Positions 1-8,163 of a stretch of 64,000 bases of DNA are shown here, piece after piece. Under the pieces are notes generated by a model that was not told where the DNA came from, did not search any database, and saw nothing but the letters and a program-made list of their open reading frames with translations. The DNA comes from an uncultured Acidobacteriota bacterium (GTDB taxonomy: Bacteria > Acidobacteriota > JAQAZP01), in assembly GCA_963836075.1 (NCBI GenBank), contig CAWIIB010000001.1, positions 1,824,001 through 1,888,000 on the forward strand. Reading direction: 5' to 3'. The translations under genes and the position numbers were made by a program. How positions within the stretch are numbered: the first letter of the stretch is position 1; each line of letters begins with the position of its first letter.

Positions 1-1
1 G

Positions 2-1198
2 ATTGGCATTGATCCAGATGCAGTCGAGGAGGTTGAGGTCGGCCATCTGGATCTCGGCCTGCAGGTCGCCGAGGAGGCCGTTGAGAATCCGGCTGTGGGA
101 ATTGGTGCTCAGTTCCCTCGTCACAACTCCCATGTAGTGTTTGACACAGACGGTGGCGCCGTAGGTGGCGGCGTGCGATTTGAGTACCGGCAGGTTGATG
201 AACTTCAGCTTGTCGCGGTCGTAGCTGGAACTGGGGTTGTGCCAGATGCCGTGCTTGAGGCTGATCCGGGTGCCCGAGTCGCTGGTGAATTTGGGATAGG
301 AGATGCGGCCGGTGAAATCGGGGTGCTGGTCGTAGACGATGTAGCCGTCGTCGAAATCTCCGGCATCGAACTCCTCCACCGAGGTGTAGCGGTGGATGGT
401 CCAGTCAAAGTGCGACACGTTGTAACCCAGGCCGGCGAAGTGGACCACCGCGTCGTGGGGCGAATAGCCGTGGTCCTGGGCGTTGTTGTTCGACCGGTCA
501 AAACCGTTGATCGGGTTGAACTGCGAGTTCTCGCAGACCACGATCTCGCCGGTGAAGGTGTCCGGGTGGTCGACGATCCAGCGCATCAGCCCGGTGAGCA
601 CGTCGACGTTGGACCCCCCGCGGTCCCCCCACTGGTAATTGATCTTGATCACCACCACGTCGTCGGCGGCGATGATCCCGTCCGGCCCCGAGGTGGCGCC
701 AACGGTTGCCGACTGGTGGAACTTGAAGCCGTTCTCGCCCATCAGCCCCATCATGGTGTCCAGGCCGGGGAAGCGGTCGCCGGCCAGGTCCTGGGGGCAG
801 TCGGTGACCTGGAACAGCTCGGCGGTGTAACCCCGGGGGGGGACCACCTCCGGCCCGCGGTAGTCCGGCACATTTACCGCGTAGGCCCAGAAGCCGGCGG
901 TGGCCAGCAGGCCCACGGCACAGACGCCCGCGCCCACCGGGGTGCGCAGACCGGCCGACAGCCGGCGCCGGGCAGCCACCAGGGTGGCCACCAGCGGCCC
1001 GCCAAAGGCGATCCAGGCGGCGGAAAAGGCCGCCTGCTGGCAGGGGTAGGTAAAGCGGCTCGGCTTGAGCCCGCTGCGCAGGACCAGCCAGACCAGCGCC
1101 AGGAAGCCGCTGGCCACTCCCCAGCCCAGCAGCCAGACCCGGGACCAGCGGGGCAGGTTGAAGCGGCGTTCTCGATTGGTGCGGTTCTTCTCGGACAT
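2..1198 (-). CDS. DUF362-domain protein with N-terminal membrane segments (3' end runs off the window; absent from the ORF track)
   Basis: Manual translation from ATG 1198 (RBS AGGAGG) is open to the window edge: MSEKNRT...LVWLVLRSGLKPSRFTYPCQQAA...DVVVIKINYQW...FINLPVLKSH...VCVKHYMGV...DLNLLDCIW, which are DUF362-like motifs. Confidence 0.75.
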   Translation of the reverse strand, partial: MSEKNRTNRERRFNLPRWSRVWLLGWGVASGFLALVWLVLRSGLKPSRFTYPCQQAAFSAAWIAFGGPLVATLVAARRRLSAGLRTPVGAGVCAVGLLATAGFWAYAVNVPDYRGPEVVPPRGYTAELFQVTDCPQDLAGDRFPGLDTMMGLMGENGFKFHQSATVGATSGPDGIIAADDVVVIKINYQWGDRGGSNVDVLTGLMRWIVDHPDTFTGEIVVCENSQFNPINGFDRSNNNAQDHGYSPHDAVVHFAGLGYNVSHFDWTIHRYTSVEEFDAGDFDDGYIVYDQHPDFTGRISYPKFTSDSGTRISLKHGIWHNPSSSYDRDKLKFINLPVLKSHAATYGATVCVKHYMGVVTRELSTNSHSRILNGLLGDLQAEIQMADLNLLDCIWINAN

Positions 1199-1281
1199 CG
1201 GTCTCCTCCTGGGGTCACCCCCGTGATCCCTGCTCAGATAAAAATACGGATTCCGTTTTGTTTGATCAACGCTGACCGGGG

Positions 1282-2313
1282 CTATCCGCCCAGAGCGTCC
1301 AGGCGCGACTCCAGGCGCACCCAGAATTTCGACAACCACCAGCGGAGCGGCGATTCCAGCGGAGCGAAGAGGCGGCTGAAATACTGGGTCCGCATCACGC
1401 CCTGCCGGTTCATTTTCACCGACTGCTGGGACAGTAACGCCTCGTTGCCGAGGCAGAGCAAGATCGTTTTCAGAGCCATCACGTAGGGGATGATGCAGAA
1501 GGAGCGGATCCGCCGTTCGCCGGCGGGCAGGGCGAGGATATACTCGCCGGCGCCGCGGATGGCCGGCATCAGCCAGCGGATCATCCGCACGCCGGCCAGC
1601 AGCACCTGCTCCTTCATCTCCGGCGCCACCAGTTTCCGGGCGTCGAAACAGTCGAAGAGGCTGCGCGGGTAGAAGATGTGGCCGTGGGCATGGTCGTCGC
1701 GGACGTCGCGGAGGATGTTGGTGGTCTGCAGCACCAGCGCCAGGTGGCGGCGGTTGTCGAGGATCCGCCGGCGCCGCGATTCGGAGATGCCGTCCATGCG
1801 GGCCAGGAAGCGGTGGGTCAGGTAATCGCCCACCGTGCCGGCCACGTAGTAGCAGTATTCGTCCAGGTCCTTCTCGTCCTCCAGCACCACGTAGCCGTCC
1901 ACCGCCCGGCGGGTCTGGTAACTGGCCATGCCGCGGAACATCTTCTCCGCCTCATCCAGCAGCGCCGACCGGGCATCGTCGGTGAGCGCGGCGAACTCGG
2001 CGATCACCTGGTCGCTGTGGCCGAAGAGGCCCAGCTCCCCATCGGTGAGCGCCTGCCAACCGGATACGTCGTGATGGGCCAGTTCCTGCTGGAACGAGGC
2101 GCCACGCCGGAAGCAGTCCAGAAGCTGATCCAGAAGATGTTGTTTTTCAGCAATTTCCAGGGAGGAGGTGTCTTCGATGTTGTCGCCGAGACGGAAGAGC
2201 AGGTAGGCCACCTGGACCTCGCGCCGCAACGGTTCGGGCAGCCGGTCAATGACGAAGGCAAAGGAGCGCGAAACGTTCAATACCTGTTCATCGATGAGCT
2301 GTGACCTGTCCAT
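1282..2313 (-). CDS. Squalene/phytoene synthase family protein (squalene-synthase-like)
   Basis: Motifs VSRSF, DNIEDT, YCYYVAGTVG and LQTTNILRDVRDD. The start is reassigned to MDRSQL (ATG 2313); ATG 2367 is an alternative. Confidence 0.85.
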   Translation of the reverse strand: MDRSQLIDEQVLNVSRSFAFVIDRLPEPLRREVQVAYLLFRLGDNIEDTSSLEIAEKQHLLDQLLDCFRRGASFQQELAHHDVSGWQALTDGELGLFGHSDQVIAEFAALTDDARSALLDEAEKMFRGMASYQTRRAVDGYVVLEDEKDLDEYCYYVAGTVGDYLTHRFLARMDGISESRRRRILDNRRHLALVLQTTNILRDVRDDHAHGHIFYPRSLFDCFDARKLVAPEMKEQVLLAGVRMIRWLMPAIRGAGEYILALPAGERRIRSFCIIPYVMALKTILLCLGNEALLSQQSVKMNRQGVMRTQYFSRLFAPLESPLRWWLSKFWVRLESRLDALGG

Positions 2314-2428
2314 GACGTCCGACCCTGAAGCGCACTTCCGCAAATTTACCACTGATAATGCGGTCATTGTAACGCAGCAGCGTCCGTCCGTCGAATAAAA
2401 ATCCGGCCGGTGGATGACCCGGAGCAGG

Positions 2429-4861
2429 TCAGTCGAGGTAGCCCAGCGCCTTGAGCTGTTCCACCTGCTCGCCGGAAAGCGGGTGGTCCTCCCCCGTTTC
2501 CGGGCCACCCGGAGCGGCCTCCGGCTGGAGGGCGCCGGACATGGCCCGGCGGAGCAGCTGCCCCATCCGGGCGGCCAGGCCGGGATCGGCGGCGGCCAGG
2601 TTCTCCCGCTCCGCCGGGTCGGCGGAGAGCAGGAAGAGCCCGGGCACCGCCGGCGGCACCACGCCGGACAGCGGGCCTTCCTCCACTGCCGCACCGCCGG
2701 CCAGCGGCTCGATATACTTGATTCCGTCCGCGATGACACAGGCCTGGGGCGTGATCTCGGGGTGCAGCGGCGCCCGCTGCAGGTCGGCGAGGATGGGGAT
2801 GGTGCGGGAGACGGCGCCCCCGGCAATCAGCGGCCGCAGGCTCACCCCGTCGGCCGCGCCCGCCCAGGGCACACCCAGCAGGTCGGCCGCCGTTGGCGGC
2901 AGGTCCACCGTGCTCACCGCTTCGTCCACCACCACCAGGCCCTTGCCGGCGGTCTCCGGGCTGTGGACCAGCAGCGGCACCTCCAGCATCTCGTTGTGCA
3001 GCGAGTGGCCGTGGGCCCCGAACAGCTGGTGCCGGTCCCACAACTCCTCCCCGTGGTCGCTGAGGATCACCACCACGGTGTTGCGGCGCAACCCGGTTTC
3101 GGCCAGGGTGTCCAGCAGGTCGGCGGTGGCCTCGGTGGCGTGAAACACTCCGCTGTCGTAGGCCGCCTGGACATAGGTCCGCTCCTCAGCGGTGAGTCGT
3201 GCCCCGGTGTTTGCCTCGCGGTTGAGCAACGGCTCCCCGGCGGAGAGGTCCCCCAGGCGGCCCCGGGGCAGGCCGCGGCAGAAGGTGTCCCGGGTGTACG
3301 GCCGGTGGGTCTCGTAGGTGTGGACGAAGAGGAAGAACGGCCCGCCGTCCCACTGCCGGAGCCACTGCCCGGCCTGGGGAAAGGAGCCCTCCACCTTGCC
3401 GAAGCCGCTGCTCCAGCGGTATTCGTGAAAACCCTGCTCCATCCCGGGCACCGCCACCATGCCGCCGCCGGTGAAGGCGGCACAGTAGTAGCCCTGGTCC
3501 CGCAGGACCTCGGCCAGCATGGTGGTGCTCTGGGGAATCAGCCGCACCCCGTGGAAGTCGAGGTAGCGGGAGGACATGAACTTGGCGGTGGCCGGGACGG
3601 TCCAGGGCGAAGCCGACCAGGCCCGGCGGAAGAGCGCGAACCCCCACTCCTCGAGGGAGCGGTCCAGGCGCTCTGAAGTGGGCCGCCCGGTATAGCCGTA
3701 ACAGCCCAGACGGTCGGCGCGCAGGGTGTCCAGCACCACAAGCACCAGGTTCGGCGCCTCCACCGCACGCTTCTGCGGCGGCAGAAGCACCGGTTCGGCG
3801 ATGCCGATGGCCCCCTGGTACCCGGCGTGGGTCAGGCGAATCCGCCCGGCTTCACCTGTCCAATGCGGCAGATCGGCGGTGAGGGATGACCACTCCCCCG
3901 CCGGCAGGTCGTTCTTTCCCCAGTAGCGCACCCTGGTCCAGGCGCCGTCGATTTCCTGCTCCAGGTTGAGCCAGGCGTCCAGACCCGCGTCACCGGGGGG
4001 CCGCACGGAATGAAAGGCCAGCCGGCTCTCCGCCCCGCCGGGGGGCAGCTGAAACTCCAGCGCGTCCCCTGGGGAGAGCACGGCGCAGCGGGCGGTCATG
4101 CCGAAACGGGAGACCCGGACCAGCCGGCGGAACGCGGCGCCGTGGAAGAGCAGCGAGCTGTCGCCGCCGCCGAAGCGGAGGAAGTGCCGGGCCCGATCCC
4201 TCTCCTCGGATGACGTACCGGCGCCGGCCACCAGGACATCGACCGAGAGCAGTTTCAGGGGTGTGCCCGGCTCCTGCTTGTGAACGATTTCGATGCGCTC
4301 CGCCCCGCCTTGCGGTACCGGCCGGGAATGGGGATCACATTCACCGGGTGGACCGCCAATGTGCCACCGGCCTGCTTCCCCGTACTCCCGCACGATGCGG
4401 GCCGCCGTCCCCTCCTCCCCGTCGCCCAGCATGTAGGCCGCGGCCCCCTCGGGTTCCTGGCGCCCGGAAGAGCCGAGCCGGTTCTTCGGATAGCGGAAGC
4501 AATAGACCAGCCACTCTCCGGCCTGCAGTTGCACCGGCAGGCTGAGGGTGGACAGTTCTTTCGTCTGGATCAGCGCGCCGCTGCGGATCAGGGCGCGGAT
4601 GGCGGCCGGCTCCTCGTTGGCCAGCTCGGTGGCCGGCCGCCGGACCCCGTCCCGCACCACGGCCAGCCCCTGGGCCTCGGCGAACCAGGCGGGGTCGATC
4701 CCCGGCAGGGCCACCGGCCGCCAGGGGCCGGGCGGTTCGTCGGCGTCCAGCTGGCGGTCCAGGCTCGTGGTGGGAAACGGCTGGGGCGACGAACAACCGG
4801 CAGCGGCACAGAGAACAAAAACCGCCAGCAGCGCAGCCATGGCGGGGACCGGTGGGCTCAC
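2429..4861 (-). CDS. Sulfatase-like (alkaline phosphatase superfamily) lipoprotein
   Basis: Lipobox-like AAAGC; motifs NLVLVVLDTLRADRLGCYGY, SDHGEE and C-terminal LKALGYLD. GTG 4861 overlaps the upstream stop (GTGA). Confidence 0.8.
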   Translation of the reverse strand: MSPPVPAMAALLAVFVLCAAAGCSSPQPFPTTSLDRQLDADEPPGPWRPVALPGIDPAWFAEAQGLAVVRDGVRRPATELANEEPAAIRALIRSGALIQTKELSTLSLPVQLQAGEWLVYCFRYPKNRLGSSGRQEPEGAAAYMLGDGEEGTAARIVREYGEAGRWHIGGPPGECDPHSRPVPQGGAERIEIVHKQEPGTPLKLLSVDVLVAGAGTSSEERDRARHFLRFGGGDSSLLFHGAAFRRLVRVSRFGMTARCAVLSPGDALEFQLPPGGAESRLAFHSVRPPGDAGLDAWLNLEQEIDGAWTRVRYWGKNDLPAGEWSSLTADLPHWTGEAGRIRLTHAGYQGAIGIAEPVLLPPQKRAVEAPNLVLVVLDTLRADRLGCYGYTGRPTSERLDRSLEEWGFALFRRAWSASPWTVPATAKFMSSRYLDFHGVRLIPQSTTMLAEVLRDQGYYCAAFTGGGMVAVPGMEQGFHEYRWSSGFGKVEGSFPQAGQWLRQWDGGPFFLFVHTYETHRPYTRDTFCRGLPRGRLGDLSAGEPLLNREANTGARLTAEERTYVQAAYDSGVFHATEATADLLDTLAETGLRRNTVVVILSDHGEELWDRHQLFGAHGHSLHNEMLEVPLLVHSPETAGKGLVVVDEAVSTVDLPPTAADLLGVPWAGAADGVSLRPLIAGGAVSRTIPILADLQRAPLHPEITPQACVIADGIKYIEPLAGGAAVEEGPLSGVVPPAVPGLFLLSADPAERENLAAADPGLAARMGQLLRRAMSGALQPEAAPGGPETGEDHPLSGEQVEQLKALGYLD

Positions 4862-5937
4862 GGGGAAACCTCTTCCGTGGTCCGGGCCATACGCTGCGCC
4901 ATCCACGGTTCCTGGAGGATCCCGGCCTTGCGCATGCCGCGGAGGAACAGCTGGGCGATGAAGGCGTGCCCCTCGATGTTGGGGTGGCCGTCCTTGCCCT
5001 TGATGATCCAGTAGTCGGTGATGTCCTCGGTCTTGCGCCGCTTGAGCCGGCCCCGCATCTCCCCGAAGTAGTCGAGGTAGATAAAGCCGTTGTCGGCAAA
5101 GGCCTGGCGGAGGTCGGTGTCCAGCGGGCTGCGGGGGTGCTTCTTGTAGGAGAGGTCCACCTTGCTCACGTAGTAGGTGCCGATCACCGGGATGCCGCGG
5201 GGCTCGGTGAGCTCCCGCAGTTTCTCCAGTTCGTCCAGGGCGCGGCCCACCCCGCCCCAGGCCTGCTGCACCGCCTCGGTCTGGCCCCGCAGGAACCGCA
5301 GGGTGGCCAACCCCCGGGCCTCTTCCGCCGCCGGGGCGTCGACAAAGTTGGAGGTGGAAAAATCGTTGTCCACAAAAACCAGCAGCACCACGTCGGGGTC
5401 GTAGGCCAGGCCGCGGGCGGCGAAGTCAGCCACCTCCTGGGCGGTGTTGTAGGCCGGCACGCCGAAGTTGAGCACCTCGTACTGCTGCCCGTCCGGCCGC
5501 TGGTTGAGCCGCTGCTCCATTTTCTGGGTGAAGGTGTCCTCCAGGTGTACACCCCAGCCAAAGGTCACCGAGTCGCCCAGCACGGCAATACGCCAGGTGC
5601 CGGCCGGCTTCTCCAGGGTCCGTTCGCGGTCGCGGTAGCCGTGGCTGTTGATCCGGATCTGCACCCCCTTGAACAGGGCTTCCAGGCCGGGCTTGAGCTC
5701 GAAGATGGTCCCCGGTACGTCCGAGGCCCGCACCAGTCCCTTGACGCTGTGCACGTGGGTCCCGGGATCGGGCATCACCCGCTCCGACTCGGCCAGCGCC
5801 TCCTCCAGGGTCTTCCCCGCCCCGGGCCTGCGGCTCTCGAGGAAGTTCAGCACCGCTTCCAGGGCGATAAAACAGAGCAGCAGGGTAAAGCAGAGCAGGG
5901 CCAGATTCTTCAGCAGCTCTTTCGACCGTACCGTCAT
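4858..5937 (-). CDS. SGNH/GDSL hydrolase family protein, membrane anchored
   Basis: RIAVLGDSVTFG, EVLNFGV, NDF and DGHPN blocks; N-terminal hydrophobic anchor. Confidence 0.85.
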   Translation of the reverse strand: MTVRSKELLKNLALLCFTLLLCFIALEAVLNFLESRRPGAGKTLEEALAESERVMPDPGTHVHSVKGLVRASDVPGTIFELKPGLEALFKGVQIRINSHGYRDRERTLEKPAGTWRIAVLGDSVTFGWGVHLEDTFTQKMEQRLNQRPDGQQYEVLNFGVPAYNTAQEVADFAARGLAYDPDVVLLVFVDNDFSTSNFVDAPAAEEARGLATLRFLRGQTEAVQQAWGGVGRALDELEKLRELTEPRGIPVIGTYYVSKVDLSYKKHPRSPLDTDLRQAFADNGFIYLDYFGEMRGRLKRRKTEDITDYWIIKGKDGHPNIEGHAFIAQLFLRGMRKAGILQEPWMAQRMARTTEEVSP

Positions 5938-5948
5938 GCCCTATCCCC

Positions 5949-7649
5949 TCAAAAGTTCCCGCCCGCCACGTTCACACCGTGAGTGACGTACGGCGGAAAG
6001 GCGGAAAGCGAATAGTCGATGGTCACCGACCCGGCGTCATAGCCGAAGACCCGGATCATGCTGTCCCGCCCGGGGTCGGGCCCGCAACCGGCCAGGATCT
6101 CGGCCCGGCCGTCACCGTCCAGGTCGGCGCCGGCAAAAATCCGCGCCCCGTATCGCGCATCGTCCGGCAGCCAGGCCAGGAAGTTGCACCCGGCCAGCGG
6201 GGTCAGCGCGGAACCGTCGTGGTTCCACCCGCGGAGATGAGCGGCAAAGGCGGGGGATGGCCCCGGAGCAGTGACGATCTCGTCCATCCCGTCACCGTCC
6301 ACATCCCCGCAGCTGACCACTGCGCCGTAGTGTCTGGACCCGTAAGCCATGAAGCTCACCGACGGCATGGCGGCCGCGGCGCCGCCGTCCACGTTCCAGC
6401 CCCGGACGTGGGGGCCGAAGACACTCCCCGGGCCCGGCGCGGTGACGATCTCGTCGAACCCGTCACCGTCGATGTCGCCGGCCGCCACATTGACCCCCCA
6501 GTGCAGGGTGCCGTATGCCATCAGGTTGACCCCGGATAGCGCGTTCACCGGCGGCGTTCCGTCATAGTCGAAGGCGCGCAGGTGCGGGCCGAAAACCGCG
6601 CCCGGCCCGGCGCCGGTGACGATCTCGTCCAAACCGTCGCCGTCGATGTCGCCGACGGCCACATTGACCCCGAACTTCTGTGTGCCGTAGGCCGAGAAGT
6701 TCAGCCCGGGCAGCGGCGTGCCGTCCATGGCGAAGCCCCGGACATGGGGCCCGTAGATCTCGCCCGGCCCGGCGCCGGTGATGATCTCGTCCACCCCGCC
6801 GTCCACGTCGCCGCAGGTGACGTTGACCCCGTAGCGGGAGGCGCCGTAGGCCGGGAACTCGTAGTCGTAGCCGGGGTCCTGCCGCGCCTCGAAGACGCGA
6901 ACATTGGGCGGGTTGTCATACCCCGGGCCGGGACCGGCCACCACCGCCGCGCGCTCCACGGTCACCGGGCAGGCCCCCCAGCCGCTGAAGGCCGGCGCGG
7001 CCATCTGGCTCACCACCTGCCCCTGGTAATCGAAGCTGAAGATGCTGCCCACCGTGTCACCCGATTCGGCGGTCCAGAAATGCTCCCCGTCGAAGCTCAG
7101 ACCCCGGCAGCGCGTGGTGGGCGGCGCAAAAGCCCGCTCCGTCAGCTCGGTGAGCGCGGGCCAGCCCGAAACGTCCCAGCAGCGCATGGTTTCGCCGTCC
7201 AGGGTCCAGAGATACTCCCCGTCCCATGTGCTGCCGAAGACATCGCCGTCAAAAGAGGCGGTGGAGTCGTAGTCGCCCTCCAGGTTGTAGCGCCGAAAAT
7301 CCCACTCCTTGATGTAGAACCAGGTGCCGTCGCAGGCGACATCGTAAAAGACGATCAGCGAGATGTCGGTGATCAGCGGCGTGCGCTGGCCGGTGTCGAG
7401 GTTGAGGCGGACCACCTTGGGCTGGAACGACTCCACCACGTATACCTCGCCGTCCACCACCTCCACGTCCGCGGCGTAGAAGTTGAACGCCTCGTACATG
7501 TCGCGGATGGAGCCGTCGGGCCGCAGAACATAGATGCGGGAATCGAAACTCTGGTGAGCGGTGAAGACCACCAGTTCCTCAGCCGCAGCCGGGTCGGCAG
7601 CGGAGGAGAGGGTCAGCACGACCATCAGCAGAAAACTCCACCTGTTCAT
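5949..7649 (-). CDS. Secreted beta-propeller protein with C-terminal FG-GAP 'GPHVRG' module
   Basis: Signal peptide and RBS AAGGAGG; DGxxxW repeats in the N-domain; five GDxDGDG-type repeats in the C-domain. Confidence 0.85.
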   Translation of the reverse strand: MNRWSFLLMVVLTLSSAADPAAAEELVVFTAHQSFDSRIYVLRPDGSIRDMYEAFNFYAADVEVVDGEVYVVESFQPKVVRLNLDTGQRTPLITDISLIVFYDVACDGTWFYIKEWDFRRYNLEGDYDSTASFDGDVFGSTWDGEYLWTLDGETMRCWDVSGWPALTELTERAFAPPTTRCRGLSFDGEHFWTAESGDTVGSIFSFDYQGQVVSQMAAPAFSGWGACPVTVERAAVVAGPGPGYDNPPNVRVFEARQDPGYDYEFPAYGASRYGVNVTCGDVDGGVDEIITGAGPGEIYGPHVRGFAMDGTPLPGLNFSAYGTQKFGVNVAVGDIDGDGLDEIVTGAGPGAVFGPHLRAFDYDGTPPVNALSGVNLMAYGTLHWGVNVAAGDIDGDGFDEIVTAPGPGSVFGPHVRGWNVDGGAAAAMPSVSFMAYGSRHYGAVVSCGDVDGDGMDEIVTAPGPSPAFAAHLRGWNHDGSALTPLAGCNFLAWLPDDARYGARIFAGADLDGDGRAEILAGCGPDPGRDSMIRVFGYDAGSVTIDYSLSAFPPYVTHGVNVAGGNF

Positions 7650-8120
7650 CCTGTGCCTCCTTGTGCCCTGGTCCGCCGGCGCACCCGGCCCCCATCCCTG
7701 ATCACCCGATTATCGCAGGTCGCCACCCGCGGCCGCAAATCAGGCCGGGTCACCCGCCCCCGAGTTACCAGATCGTAATGCAAAAACCTGCTTTCGTAAT
7801 GGGATGAACTCACCCGCCGGAGCCGGCGGCCACAGAGGGGGATGGAGCCGCGCGAGCTAGTCGAGGGCAACTGACAAGGAATCAGCCCCTTGGAAACGGG
7901 ACGGCGACACGGCGGTCTTTCTGGAACACTTTTTGCTACTTTGATGAGCCGACATGTGACCCCGGCTCCCTTCAACCGGCCTCCTTATTCCCCCTCCGGC
8001 GACACGGCCGCAGCCAGCTGCACCGTGATCGGGCACAACCAGGAAGGGGACCCTGGCCGGCGGCGGTGACGGCCCCCGCCGGCCGGGAACTTTTTCTCAG
8101 CACAATGTGGCGGAGTGAAC

Positions 8121-8151
8121 CCGCGGGAGGGGGCCGTTCCCCCTCCCGCGG
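8121..8151 (-). terminator. 13-bp perfect GC hairpin after the protease gene
   Basis: ccgcgggaggggg-ccgtt-ccccctcccgcgg; no clear U-tract. Confidence 0.5.
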
Positions 8152-8163
8152 ACCTGGGGAGTG

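Noticed and set aside
95-1486. 463-aa plus-strand ORF
   Set aside because: It is the antisense shadow of the DUF362 gene. The minus strand has the RBS and the recognisable motifs.
1282-2826. 514-aa version of the squalene synthase
   Set aside because: The extension overlaps the sulfatase-like gene in another frame and is low-complexity.
7646-7975. 109-aa ORF with TAAGGAGG upstream and ATGA overlap with the next gene
   Set aside because: TTG start, atypical codon usage and an Arg/Pro/Ser-rich product; the downstream gene has its own RBS. Not excluded, but unsupported.
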